Shown: positions 1 through 12,962, counted from the stretch's first letter. The stretch: DNA of 64,000 nt from an uncultured Verrucomicrobiae bacterium (GCA_963707025.1 CAVPOM010000004.1:800001-864000), one strand, 5' to 3'. Numbers and translations are program-made. The notes: generated by a model not told the origin, from the letters alone.

Positions 1-811
1 GGTCCTTGATGATGAAGGGCCAGCCCGCCGAATAACATTCCATGACATACATGAGCATGGCCGGGCCTTGCTCGGAAAGCGGGAAGGGCTGGGGCTTGGT
101 CAAATCCCACTGATCCAGCCAGTCCGTCACCCGCAGGGCGCAGTGCAGGTAACGCTCGTCGCCGGTCTCCTTGTAAAGCAGGAAGGAAAGGGAGCCAAAA
201 ATGCCCGAACTGCACCACCATTCATCGCTGGATTGATGCCACAATCCGTCGGTCACGCCGCCGGAGGGCCTGATGTAATTGCTCATGACCAGCCCGGCGA
301 ATTTTTGCACCGAGTCAACAAGATGTTGCCGCTCGGCGCCGGGGCAACGCACGGCGGTGGCCAGCACGGCCATGCCGATGGAGGAACTGTCCGCCACGTA
401 CCAATCCCCATTGGTCTGGCCCGGCTGGCGGTTGTAGTGCATATAGTAGGCGCCGGCGGGAACCATTTTGTCTTGAAATGCAACCATCCGCCCGGACCAT
501 TGGCGGGAGGCATCCAGATATTTTTGGTTGCCTGTCAAGTCGTAGGCGGCGCAGAGGGCGCGAACCGCATAGGAATCCACGAAGAAAGAGCCGGCGCTGT
601 TGGTGTCGGTGACCTTGGCCGCAGCCAGGTCGCAAAGCTGGAGGAACTGGGCGCGGAATTCGGCGGGGGGAGCCTCCTGCGCGCGCGCCGACGCCAGGAG
701 AAGGGCCGCCATCAAGGCCAGCGGGAGCCGGCGGGAGAAAAGGGGGAGGACCGGCCATGCGCTCAAAACTGGTGGCTGCTGGTGAGGGGGGAATTGCGTC
801 GCGTTCGGCAT
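1..811 (-). CDS. Secreted hypothetical protein, possibly alpha/alpha-toroid (six-hairpin glycosidase-like); runs off the window start
   Basis: Manual translation, not in the ORF track: MPNATQF...LALMAALLLASARAQ (signal peptide), then YAVRALCAAYDLTGNQKYL and LLYKETGDERYL helical-hairpin-like motifs; no stop before position 1. Confidence 0.6.
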   Translation of the reverse strand, partial: MPNATQFPPHQQPPVLSAWPVLPLFSRRLPLALMAALLLASARAQEAPPAEFRAQFLQLCDLAAAKVTDTNSAGSFFVDSYAVRALCAAYDLTGNQKYLDASRQWSGRMVAFQDKMVPAGAYYMHYNRQPGQTNGDWYVADSSSIGMAVLATAVRCPGAERQHLVDSVQKFAGLVMSNYIRPSGGVTDGLWHQSSDEWWCSSGIFGSLSFLLYKETGDERYLHCALRVTDWLDQWDLTKPQPFPLSEQGPAMLMYVMECYSAGWPFIIKD

Positions 812-873
812 TGGAAAACCATGACGCAAAGACCAAACCATGTCCAATTCTTTTAGGTCTGGGTCATTGTCCT

Positions 874-1095
874 GGGCGCATCTTGACACCGTTCTTAATT
901 GTTGGGGAGCGCCCGCGCCTCGCGGGCAGTGGTCGGCGCCCTCGCCGACCACCCTTCCACGTTCAGCCTTCGCTTTCGCAGATGCCTGAAATCAAGACTG
1001 ACCGGCGAGGGCGCCGGTCAGCACATCCCGATTCCGAATCGGGACGTATGCTCCCCGTGCATTCCGGTTTGCAAGAACAGTGTTGAGATGTGCCC
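874..1095. mobile_element. MITE-like element (family A) enclosing REP-like hairpins
   Basis: Imperfect terminal inverted repeats GGGCGCATCTTGACACCGTTCTT / AAGAACAGTGTTGAGATGTGCCC, similar to the ends of 17773-17954; no target-site duplication seen. Confidence 0.6.
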
Positions 1096-1122
1096 CCAAA
1101 CCGCAATTCTCCAACCCCGCTC

Positions 1123-2594
<1,472 letters not shown>

Positions 2595-2599
2595 TCCGC

Positions 2600-3010
2600 A
2601 TGCCCGCCACCTTAAAACTGGACATCGTCACCCCCGACGCCGTCACCTTTTCCGGCGACGTCGAAATGGTCACCCTGCCCGCGGTGGAAGGGGAGATGGG
2701 CGTCTATCCCCAGCATCTGCCCCTCATGACTCAACTGGTCCCCGGCGAACTCATCGTCCGCCGCGACGGCCATGACCTCTACATGGCCGTGGGCGACGGT
2801 TTCGTCGAAGTCACCGCCGACCATGTCGCGGTCCTGACCGACATGGCCATCCCGGCCGATCAGATTGATGAAGCCAAAGCCGAGGAAGCCCGGCAGCGCG
2901 CCGAAGCCCGCTTGGCCGAACACTTGGACGACGAACAAACCGCCACCGTCCACGCCGCCCTGGCCAACTCCGTGGCCCAACTGGCCGTCAAACGCCGCCG
3001 CCGCCACTGA
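2600..3010 (+). CDS. atpC: F1Fo ATP synthase subunit epsilon
   Basis: IVTPD, EGEMGVYPQH, GFVEV motifs; directly after atpD. Confidence 0.97.
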   Translation: MPATLKLDIVTPDAVTFSGDVEMVTLPAVEGEMGVYPQHLPLMTQLVPGELIVRRDGHDLYMAVGDGFVEVTADHVAVLTDMAIPADQIDEAKAEEARQRAEARLAEHLDDEQTATVHAALANSVAQLAVKRRRRH

Positions 3011-3079
3011 TAACTTTGGAGCGGCGGTCTGCGGCCGCCGCCATTTTCCTTTGGCCCGGCCCGCCCCAACCGCCGGATC

Positions 3080-3841
<762 letters not shown>

Positions 3842-3842
3842 A

Positions 3843-5597
3843 GTGAACTGGGACCAACTCAAGACCATTCTCTGGCTGCGCTGGCGGCTGACGCGCAACC
3901 AGATGACCCGCAGCAAAGGCACCGCCGCCGTCGCCGCCATCGTGGCCGGGGGCGTCTGTGTGCTGGGCGGGGCCAGCTTCGTTGCGGCCTTGCTCGGCGG
4001 GATGCAGGCCCTGGCCCAGGCCAAACCGGTCGTCGTTTGGGCAGTCTGGTTCGGCGTGACTCTGCTCTTCCTGTTTTTTTGGATGATCGGCCTGCTCCAG
4101 GAAATCCAGCGCTCGGAGAGCATTGACCTCCAGCGCCTCCTCCATCTGCCCGTGGCCCTGGGCCAGATGTTCGTCATCAACTACCTGGCCTCCCATCTGG
4201 CCGTCAGCATCGTCCTCTTCGTGCCCGCGATGATGGGACTGGCCATTGGCCTGGCCATTTCGCGCGGCCCCGCCATGCTGCTGCTGGCGCCGCTGGCCTT
4301 GGGCATGGTCTGCATGATCAGCGCCTGGACTTATTGCCTGCGCGGTTGGCTGGCCATGTTGATGAGCAACCCGCGCCGGCGCCGCAATATCACCATGGCC
4401 ATCGTCCTGGCCTTCATCCTTCTGGGCCAGGCCCCCAACCTCTACTTCAACGTCTTTCACCGATACAATGTCCCCAAGACCAGCGCCTCGCCCCAACAAA
4501 CCAAACAACAGATCCAGGCGTGGAACAGCCACAATCAGCAAACGTTCGACCAACTCCGCTGGGTCCAGAAGTTTATTCCGCCGCTCTGGCTGCCGCTCGG
4601 CGCCCAGGCGCTGGCCGAAGGACGCGCCCTGCCCGCCTTGCTCGGCACACTGGGTTGCTTTGCCATGGCGGCGCTGGGCCTGCGGCGCGCCTATCGGGGC
4701 ACCCTGCGATTTTATCGCGGCGAATCCGGCGGGAAAGCCGCCGCGCGGATTGAACCCCGCCCCACACCGGCCGCCGGCCTGGCCCCGGCCAAAGCCGGAA
4801 GGCGTTTCCTCGAACTGCGCCTGCCCGGTGTGCCCGAACAAGCCGCCGCGCTCGCGCTGGCCACTTTCCGCTCCTTGCTCCGCGCGCCCGAAGTCAAAGT
4901 GGCGTGGGCGACTTCGATCCTCATCCCGCTGATCGTGGGCGGGTCGCTGCTGTTCCGCTCCACCATGAGTTTGCCCGAGGCCGCCAAACCCTTCATGGCC
5001 ACGGGCGCCGTGGTGTTCTCCGTCTTTATGCTGGTTCAATTCTTCGCCAATCAATTCGGCTTCGATCGCGACGGTTTCCGGGTCTTGATTCTTGCGCCCG
5101 CCGACCGGCGGCTCGTTCTGCTGGGCAAAAACCTCGCCTGCCTGCCCGTGGGCGCCACCTTCGGCCTGCTGCTCCTGCTGTTGATTGCGCTGCGGCTGCA
5201 CCTGTCCCCGTTGCTGCTCCTGGCCGCCCTTTTCCAACTGCCCGCCGTGCTCCTGCTGGCCGGCGTCGGCGGCAACATGCTCTCCATTCTCGTGCCCTAC
5301 GGCATTCAACAAGGCACGATGAAGCCGACCAAAATGCCCGGTGCGGCCATGTTGGTGCTGATGGGTTGCCACCTGCTTTTTCCCTTGGCCATGGCACCGG
5401 TGTTCGTGCCGCCGCTGGCCGGGTTTCTCTGCCAAATGGCCGGCGGGCCAAGCGCCGTGCTGGTCAACCTGATCCTCTCCGCCGCCCTGGCCGCGCTAAC
5501 GGCGTTGCTTTACTGGCAGGCCCTGGGTCCGCTGGGCCGTCTGCTGCAACGTCGCGAAACCAGGATTCTCGGCGTCGTGACCGCCGAGGTGGAATAG
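3843..5597 (+). CDS. ABC-2-type exporter permease (multi-TM)
   Basis: Many hydrophobic segments, NQFGFDRDG motif, coupled to the ATPase. Confidence 0.8.
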   Translation: MNWDQLKTILWLRWRLTRNQMTRSKGTAAVAAIVAGGVCVLGGASFVAALLGGMQALAQAKPVVVWAVWFGVTLLFLFFWMIGLLQEIQRSESIDLQRLLHLPVALGQMFVINYLASHLAVSIVLFVPAMMGLAIGLAISRGPAMLLLAPLALGMVCMISAWTYCLRGWLAMLMSNPRRRRNITMAIVLAFILLGQAPNLYFNVFHRYNVPKTSASPQQTKQQIQAWNSHNQQTFDQLRWVQKFIPPLWLPLGAQALAEGRALPALLGTLGCFAMAALGLRRAYRGTLRFYRGESGGKAAARIEPRPTPAAGLAPAKAGRRFLELRLPGVPEQAAALALATFRSLLRAPEVKVAWATSILIPLIVGGSLLFRSTMSLPEAAKPFMATGAVVFSVFMLVQFFANQFGFDRDGFRVLILAPADRRLVLLGKNLACLPVGATFGLLLLLLIALRLHLSPLLLLAALFQLPAVLLLAGVGGNMLSILVPYGIQQGTMKPTKMPGAAMLVLMGCHLLFPLAMAPVFVPPLAGFLCQMAGGPSAVLVNLILSAALAALTALLYWQALGPLGRLLQRRETRILGVVTAEVE

Positions 5598-5626
5598 CCG
5601 CCATGCCCGGCATCGTCGCCGTCTGT

Positions 5627-7153
5627 TCACGTCCACAATTGTCTGTCCAGCGACCGATACTGGATGGCTTCGGCGATGTGATCGCCCGCCAGGTTCTCCG
5701 CGCCGGCCAGGTCGGCGATGGTGCGGGCCACTTTCAAAATGCGGTCGTAGGCGCGCGCGCTCAAATTCAAATCGGCCATGGCGAACTTGAGCAGCTCCTT
5801 GGTCGTCTCATCCAGCGCGCAGTAGCTCTTCAATTCGCGCGGCCCCATCCGGGCATTGCAGGTCACCGTCCGTTTGTGGGCAAAGCGGGCCTGTTGCCGT
5901 GTCCGGGCCGCCACCACCCGCGCGCGGATGGTGGCCGAATCTTCCCCCGTCCGTTCGCTGCTGATTTCGCGAAACTTGACTTGCGGCACTTCGATATGCA
6001 GATCAATTCGATCCAGCAAGGGGCCGGAGATGCGGCCCAGGTAATTCTGAATCTCGCGCGCCGAACTGCGCGACTCCCCCGGCATTTTTCCATCCGGCGT
6101 CGGATTCATGGCCGCCACCAGCATGAATTGGGCTGGAAAGGTCATGCTGCCGGCCGCCCGCGAGATGGTGACCCACCCCTCCTCCAGCGGCTGACGCATC
6201 GTTTCCAAAACGCCGCGTTTGAACTCCGGCAGTTCGTCCAGGAACAAAACACCGTGGTGCGCCAGCGATATCTCGCCGGGCGTGGGATTGGCATTGCCTC
6301 CCAGCAAACCGGCGTCGCTGGCGGTGTGATGGGGCGTGCGGAATGGACGGCGCGTGACCAGCGCCTGTCCGGGTTTGAGCAGCCCGACGATGCTGTGAAT
6401 CTTGGTCGTCTCCAGGGCCTCCTCCAAAGTCAATGGCGGCAGAATGGTGGTCAGCCGTTTGGCCAGCATGGATTTGCCGGTGCCCGGCGGACCGATCAGC
6501 AGCACATTGTGGCCGCCGGCCGCCGCGATCTCCAGGGCGCGTTTGACCGATTCCTGCCCCTTCACCTCCGCCATGTCAATTTCTTCGTCGTAAGGCTGGT
6601 CAAATATTTTGGTCAGATCCACCGTCGTCGGCTCGATCTTGATATCCCCTTCCAAAAATCCGACGGCCTCGCGCAGGTTGGCCACCGGAATCACTTTCAA
6701 TCCCTTGACCACCGCCGCCTCCGCCGCATTTTCCGCCGGCACCAGCAGCCCGGCCTTGCCTTCCGCGCGGGCCCGCCAGGCGACCGGCAAGACTCCTTTG
6801 ACCGGGCGAACGGCGCCATCCAGGGCCAACTCGCCCACCATCACAAAGTTTTCCAGTTGGTCGCCGCGCAACTGCTCGCTGGCCCCAAGCATGCCGAGGG
6901 CGATGGGCAAGTCAAAGCTCGGCCCTTCCTTTTTCACGTCCGCCGGCGCGAGGTTGATGGTCGTCCGGCCCATCGGAAATTTGAAACCGGAATTGGTCAG
7001 GGCCGTGCTCACCCGGTCGCGCGACTCCTTGACGGCGGCATCCGGCAATCCCACGATGACGACCACGGTGTCGCCCCACCCGCAATTGACCTCCACCTCG
7101 ACAGGGAAGGCTTCGATGCCATTGACGGCGGCGGAGAAAACACGGGCCAGCAT
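5627..7153 (-). CDS. comM: ComM/YifB Mg-chelatase-like AAA+ ATPase
   Basis: VGLPDAAVKESRDRV, GPPGTGKSMLA, PGEISLAHHGVLFLDE, SGPLLDRID; ATG at 7153. Confidence 0.95.
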   Translation of the reverse strand: MLARVFSAAVNGIEAFPVEVEVNCGWGDTVVVIVGLPDAAVKESRDRVSTALTNSGFKFPMGRTTINLAPADVKKEGPSFDLPIALGMLGASEQLRGDQLENFVMVGELALDGAVRPVKGVLPVAWRARAEGKAGLLVPAENAAEAAVVKGLKVIPVANLREAVGFLEGDIKIEPTTVDLTKIFDQPYDEEIDMAEVKGQESVKRALEIAAAGGHNVLLIGPPGTGKSMLAKRLTTILPPLTLEEALETTKIHSIVGLLKPGQALVTRRPFRTPHHTASDAGLLGGNANPTPGEISLAHHGVLFLDELPEFKRGVLETMRQPLEEGWVTISRAAGSMTFPAQFMLVAAMNPTPDGKMPGESRSSAREIQNYLGRISGPLLDRIDLHIEVPQVKFREISSERTGEDSATIRARVVAARTRQQARFAHKRTVTCNARMGPRELKSYCALDETTKELLKFAMADLNLSARAYDRILKVARTIADLAGAENLAGDHIAEAIQYRSLDRQLWT

Positions 7154-7202
7154 GGGAGGATGTTGGGCCAACGCAGGTGCAAGGGCAATGCGGTTTTTTG
7201 CG
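6981..7202. repeat. 222-bp direct repeat, copy 1 (upstream region and 5' end of intact comM)
   Basis: Matches 7840-8061 with 3 mismatches counted by eye. Confidence 0.95.
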
Positions 7203-7336
7203 CCCACAGGGAAGATTCCGTTTGGTGCTGCCAGGCACGTGTCCACCATCAACCAATTTCAACCTGAGGGCGGAGAAATGAAATAACTTGGCAATAGTGG
7301 GGAAAGGGTGGAAATTCAAAGCAACGAATTGAACTT

Positions 7337-7555
7337 ATGGCTGCTTTAACTTTAGATCGCGTTCTCACCGAAGCCGAAGCGTTGCCCGCGGACGAGCAGG
7401 AAATGCTCGAAAGCCTTTTGCGCCGGCGTCGCATAGAAACGTGGCGGCGGAAAACGGCGGTGGAGGCCAAGCGCACCATCAGAGCTTTTCGCGCCGGAAA
7501 ATTGAAAAGCCAATCGGCTGAAAGCCTCATCGCCAGCCTGCGCAAGAGCAGATGA
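7337..7555 (+). CDS. Putative type II antitoxin
   Basis: 72-aa ORF ending 3 bp before a RelE/YafQ-like toxin gene. Confidence 0.75.
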   Translation: MAALTLDRVLTEAEALPADEQEMLESLLRRRRIETWRRKTAVEAKRTIRAFRAGKLKSQSAESLIASLRKSR

Positions 7556-7558
7556 GTC

Positions 7559-7843
7559 ATGGCCGAGCTTGTTGCCACGACCAAGTTTGAACGGGCGTTC
7601 CGTCGCCTGATCGGGAAAAACCCCGCGCTGCAACCGCAAATCGAAACGGCTCTGCGGCGGCTGACGGAAAACCCCAATGATTCCCGCCTAAAAACGCATC
7701 ACTTGAGCGGGCGACTGGCCGGACTACACGCCTGTTCCGCCGGTTACGATTGCCGGATTGTTTTTGCGCAGGAGAAACATCCCAAAACCGGCGCGGAAGT
7801 TTTGCTGCTCATCAACATCGGCTCGCATGAGGAAGTCTATTGA
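7559..7843 (+). CDS. RelE/YafQ-family mRNA interferase toxin
   Basis: KFERAFRRL...LKTHHLSGRL...DCRIVF...IGSHEEVY; the stop codon lies in the first bases of the direct repeat. Confidence 0.88.
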   Translation: MAELVATTKFERAFRRLIGKNPALQPQIETALRRLTENPNDSRLKTHHLSGRLAGLHACSAGYDCRIVFAQEKHPKTGAEVLLLINIGSHEEVY

Positions 7844-8061
7844 AACCCGAATTGGTCAGGGCCGTGCTCACCCGGTCGCGCGACTCCTTGACGGCGGCAT
7901 CCGGCAATCCCACGATGACGACCACGGTGTCGCCCCACCCGCAATTGACCTCCACCTCGACAGGGAAGGCTTCGATGCCATTGACGGCGGCGGAGAAAAC
8001 ACGGGCCAGCATGGATGGATGTTGGGCCAACGCAGGTGCAAGGGCAATGCGGTTTTTTGCG
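7840..8061 (-). pseudogene. 222-bp direct repeat, copy 2: truncated comM 5' fragment (about 57 codons) with upstream region
   Basis: Encodes MLARVFSAAVNG...TNSGF identical to the ComM N-terminus, then diverges. Confidence 0.92.
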
Positions 8062-8118
8062 GCTTCAGCACGGAAAGTGGGAATTGATCTGCCGGAAGAC
8101 CGCTGACCGACTCGCTCA

Positions 8119-8349
8119 CAATACTACCAAGCATACAACATTCGTGGTTGCTCGAAGATTGTCCTCAACGATTTCAGTGGAGCGCTCGCTGATTTGAATA
8201 TGGCTGTTCAGTTAAATCCGAATGATACGAGGAGCTATCGGCTTCGTGGCACGGCGTAGCATTTCTTAGATGATGAGGCAAGCGCGAAAGCGGACTTGGA
8301 TACAGCGGCCAAACTTGACACGCAAAACAGCAGCGTGAAGTTAAAATAG
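8119..8349 (+). pseudogene. TPR-repeat protein C-terminal remnant
   Basis: Manual translation QAYNIRGCSKIVLNDFSGALADLNMAVQLNPNDTRSYRLRGTA*HFLDDEASAKADLDTAAKLD; in-frame TAG at 8257, no start codon, lower GC than the flanks. Confidence 0.65.
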
Positions 8350-8538
8350 GAAGCATAAATGTGTTTGTAGATGAGTGCAGGTCGGCCTCAGGGGTTTTGG
8401 AGAACCGTCTTCGATAGCGATTTCTTTCGCATGGGGATTTCATTCGTCGGGAGTCGGAACGCGGAGGGAGGATGAGGAATGGAGATTAGCATTAGGATTA
8501 GGATCAGGATTAAGACTAGGAGAATACATGACGGAGGA

Positions 8539-9642
8539 TTAGCGTTGGACGCGGGCGGCGGCGCCTTTGATTAGCTTTTCAACTTCGTCCTTGGTGGCCA
8601 CGGAGGTGTCGCCGGGAGTGGTCATGGCTAAGGCTCCGTGGGCGGCGCCGTAGTCAACGGCACTCTGGGCATCGCCACTGGTCATCAGGCCGTAGATGAG
8701 GCCGCTCGCGAAGCTGTCGCCGCCTCCGACGCGATCCAGGATTTCCAGGTCGGGATATTTTTTTGATTCGTGGAACTTCCCGGCCGCCCAGCAGACGGCG
8801 GCCCAATCGTTGCGGGTGGCGGTCTTGGCGGCGCGCAACGTGGTGGCGACAACTTTGAAGTTGGGATAGGTTTTGACGGCTTGCTCAATCATCCTTTTGA
8901 AGGCGGAGAGATCAATGTGAAGAAGATTTTCGTCCGCGCCTTCGACCTCGAAACCGAGGCTGGCGGTGAAATCTTCCTCGTTGCCGATCATCACGTCCAC
9001 GTATTGGGCGATTTCGCGGTTGACTTCCTGGGCGCGTTTTTTGCCGCCGATGCTTTTCCAGAGGCTGGGGCGGTAGTTGAGGTCGTAGGAAACGATGACG
9101 CCGTGCTGACGGGCTTTCTTGACAGCTTCGATGACGAGGGGCGGGGTGGTGTCGCTGAGGGCGGCGAAGATGCCGCCGGTGTGCAGCCAGCGGACGCCGA
9201 GTTTGCCGAAGAGGTGGTCCCAGTCGAAATCGCCGGGCCGGAGCTGGCTGGCGGCGGAATGGCCGCGGTCGGGGATGCCGACGGCGGCGCGCACGCCGAA
9301 ACCGCGCTCGGTGAAGTTCAAGCCGTTGCGGACGGAGCGGCCCACGCCGTCGAAGGGCGCCCATTTGATGAACTGGGTGTCCACGCCGCCTTGCAGAATA
9401 AAATCCTCCAGCAGGCGGCCCACTTCATTGTCGGCAAAAGCGGTGGCGACGGCGGTCTTCAGGCCAAAGCAGCGGCGCAGGCCGCGGGCGACATTGTATT
9501 CGCCGCCGCCTTCCCAGACGTTGAAATGGCGGGCGCAGCGGATGCGGCCTTCGCCGGGGTCGAGGCGGAGCATGATTTCGCCCAGGGCGAGGAGGTCGTA
9601 GCGGCAGGTGGCGGGATCGCGGAGTTGGAGGGGAGAGGGCAT
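8539..9642 (-). CDS. kdgK: PfkB-family sugar kinase (2-keto-3-deoxygluconate kinase-like)
   Basis: GGGEYNVA, DLNYRPSLW, GNEED, DRVGGGDSF. Confidence 0.85.
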   Translation of the reverse strand: MPSPLQLRDPATCRYDLLALGEIMLRLDPGEGRIRCARHFNVWEGGGEYNVARGLRRCFGLKTAVATAFADNEVGRLLEDFILQGGVDTQFIKWAPFDGVGRSVRNGLNFTERGFGVRAAVGIPDRGHSAASQLRPGDFDWDHLFGKLGVRWLHTGGIFAALSDTTPPLVIEAVKKARQHGVIVSYDLNYRPSLWKSIGGKKRAQEVNREIAQYVDVMIGNEEDFTASLGFEVEGADENLLHIDLSAFKRMIEQAVKTYPNFKVVATTLRAAKTATRNDWAAVCWAAGKFHESKKYPDLEILDRVGGGDSFASGLIYGLMTSGDAQSAVDYGAAHGALAMTTPGDTSVATKDEVEKLIKGAAARVQR

Positions 9643-9660
9643 GGGTGTGATGGGATAGGT

Positions 9661-9788
9661 TAGAGCGGATTAAAAAATGATGTAGCCAAAACGAAGCTCC
9701 TCCCTCTCCTCCTCGGCAGGAGAGGGCCGGGGAGAGGAGGCCTTTCGGTCGGCTTCCGTGCGGCTACAGTTTTCATGAAATTGCTCTA
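9661..9788. mobile_element. 128-bp MITE-like element (family B), copy 1
   Basis: TAGAGC...GCTCTA ends; near-identical to 45330-45457; internal hairpins. Confidence 0.85.
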
Positions 9789-9950
9789 GTGTTGTGACTC
9801 GGCTCTACTGAAAGATGTGCCCGGCGAGTGAAAAGGTGGCGTATCCCAGCTCTTGGCAGGGTCGGCGCGCTGCGCCGACCGGGATCCCGATTCCGAATCG
9901 GGACGGCGTCCCTGCCTGGAAATGGATTAAAGGATGAAATCTCATGGTGG

Positions 9951-11048
<1,098 letters not shown>

Positions 11049-11060
11049 GGTGCTCTTGTG

Positions 11061-12017
11061 TCAAAATGAATTTGCCTGGGCGATGGGTTTTTGGCCGCCG
11101 AGGACGGCGATGAGGTTTTTGACGGACATGGTGGCCTGGCGCTGCACACTCTCGAAGGTGCGCGAGCTGACGTGCGGGGTGACAATGCAATTAGGCTCGC
11201 GCAGGAGGGGGTGATCGGCGGGCGGCGGTTCCTGGTCCAGCACGTCGGCGCCGTAGCCGCCCACCTGGCCGGAGCGCAGGGCGGCGAGCAGGTCGGCGGC
11301 ATTGACGATTTCACCGCGGGCGCAATTCAAAATGATGACGCCCTTTTTCATTTTGGCGAGGCTGGCGGCGTTGATCAGGTTGCGCGTTTCCGGGGTGAGA
11401 TTGGTGTGGAGCGAAATGTAGTCGGCGCCGGCGAAAATCTCATTGACAGTGGCGGCGTGCCGCACCCCCTGTTCGGCGGCGAAGGCTTCGTCCCAATGAA
11501 TGTCATGGCCGATGATGGCCAGGCCGAAAGCGCGGGCGCGGAGGGCGACTTCCCGGCCGATGCGGCCCAGGCCGATGATGCCCAGGGTCTTGCCCATGAT
11601 TTCGTGGCCGGTCTTGCGTTTCCACTGGCCCTGGCGGGTGGCGTCCACGGCGAAGAGGAAGTTTTTTTCCAGGGCGAGAAGGAGGAGGAAGGTCTGTTCG
11701 GCCACGGCGCAGTGATTGACGCCGGGGGTGAAGCAGACGGGGATTTTGAGTTCCGTGGCGGCCTGCAGGTCTATTTTGTCCAGGCCGATGCCGTATTTGC
11801 TGATGACCTTGAGGCGGGGCAGGGACTTTTGCAGCACGGCGCGGGTGATGGCGTCGTCGCCGCAGAGCAGGGCGTCCAGGTCGCCCACCAGTTCCAACAT
11901 GCGGGCTTCGGGCAGGGGGCCGCGCTGGCGGATGATTTCGTAGCCTTTGGAGGCGAGCAAATCATGGAACGATCCGGGGGTATCTTGAAAGGAGGTGGTG
12001 GTCAACAAGACTTTCAT
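11061..12017 (-). CDS. D-isomer-specific 2-hydroxyacid dehydrogenase (SerA-like)
   Basis: GIIGLGRIG, NCARG, DVLDQEP, TPH. Confidence 0.9.
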   Translation of the reverse strand: MKVLLTTTSFQDTPGSFHDLLASKGYEIIRQRGPLPEARMLELVGDLDALLCGDDAITRAVLQKSLPRLKVISKYGIGLDKIDLQAATELKIPVCFTPGVNHCAVAEQTFLLLLALEKNFLFAVDATRQGQWKRKTGHEIMGKTLGIIGLGRIGREVALRARAFGLAIIGHDIHWDEAFAAEQGVRHAATVNEIFAGADYISLHTNLTPETRNLINAASLAKMKKGVIILNCARGEIVNAADLLAALRSGQVGGYGADVLDQEPPPADHPLLREPNCIVTPHVSSRTFESVQRQATMSVKNLIAVLGGQKPIAQANSF

Positions 12018-12031
12018 GGGATGGCTTGGAA

Positions 12032-12937
12032 CTAAAGAAACTTCAAGGCCTGGCGGAGCCGGGCGCGTTCGGCGGCGGTGGGAATGAGCAGGGGGCGCCG
12101 CGGCGGGCCAACGGGGTGGCCGGCCAGGGCGCAGGCGGCTTTGACGAATTGGGTGTATTTGCCGCCGCCTTCCATCAGTTCCAGGAGGGGCAGCATGCGG
12201 AAGAACAGCTTGCGCGCCGCTGGGAAGTCTTTGTCAACCACGGTCAAATGGTAAAGGCTGGCGTGAGACTTTGGCAGCACGTTGGCCACGCCGCCGATCC
12301 AGCCGATGGCGCCCAGCATGAGGCTTTCCAGGGCAATGGTGTCGCAGCCGCAGAAGACGCCCAGGCGGTCGCCGCAGCGGCGGAGCAGTTCGGTGATGCG
12401 CGCCATCTCGCCGGTGCTTTCCTTGACGTAGCGGAGGTTGCGCAAGCCGGCCAGGCGCTCGATAAACTCGGGCGGCATGTCCACGCCGGTGCGGCCCGGG
12501 TAATTATAGAGGACGATGGGAATGCCGATGGCGTTGTTGACGGCGCGGAAATGGGCGAACAACTCCTCCGGCCGCGGCAGCGAGTAATAGGGGGCGGCCA
12601 GCATGACGCCGTCGCAGCCCAGTTGCTCGGCCTGCCGGGCAAAGGCGATGACGTCGCGGGTCGAACCGGCGTTGGCGCCGGCCACCACCGGGACGCGTCC
12701 GGCGACGACTTCCAGGGTGGTGCGGAGCACGCCCTCGCGCTCGTCGGCGGAGAGGGCGTAATACTCGCCGGTGCTGCCCAGCGGAACCAGGCCGTGCAGG
12801 CCCTGGCGGAGCAGGGCATCGGTGAAAGCGGCCAGGCGGGGGAAGTCAATTTCCTGGCTGGCCTTCATGGGCGTGACCGAGGCGGCAAAGACGCCGCGGA
12901 AGGTCCCGGCCTTTGTTGTGGGGGGACTGGTTTTCAT
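12032..12937 (-). CDS. DapA/NanA-family aldolase, dehydratase or deaminase
   Basis: GSTGE, LYNYPGRTG, Schiff-base Lys in YVKES. Confidence 0.9.
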   Translation of the reverse strand: MKTSPPTTKAGTFRGVFAASVTPMKASQEIDFPRLAAFTDALLRQGLHGLVPLGSTGEYYALSADEREGVLRTTLEVVAGRVPVVAGANAGSTRDVIAFARQAEQLGCDGVMLAAPYYSLPRPEELFAHFRAVNNAIGIPIVLYNYPGRTGVDMPPEFIERLAGLRNLRYVKESTGEMARITELLRRCGDRLGVFCGCDTIALESLMLGAIGWIGGVANVLPKSHASLYHLTVVDKDFPAARKLFFRMLPLLELMEGGGKYTQFVKAACALAGHPVGPPRRPLLIPTAAERARLRQALKFL

Positions 12938-12962
12938 TGGGGAATTCTGATCTTGGAATTGC

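Noticed and set aside
8174..8443. 89-aa minus-strand ORF
   Set aside because: No motifs; the opposite strand gives a more convincing TPR remnant.
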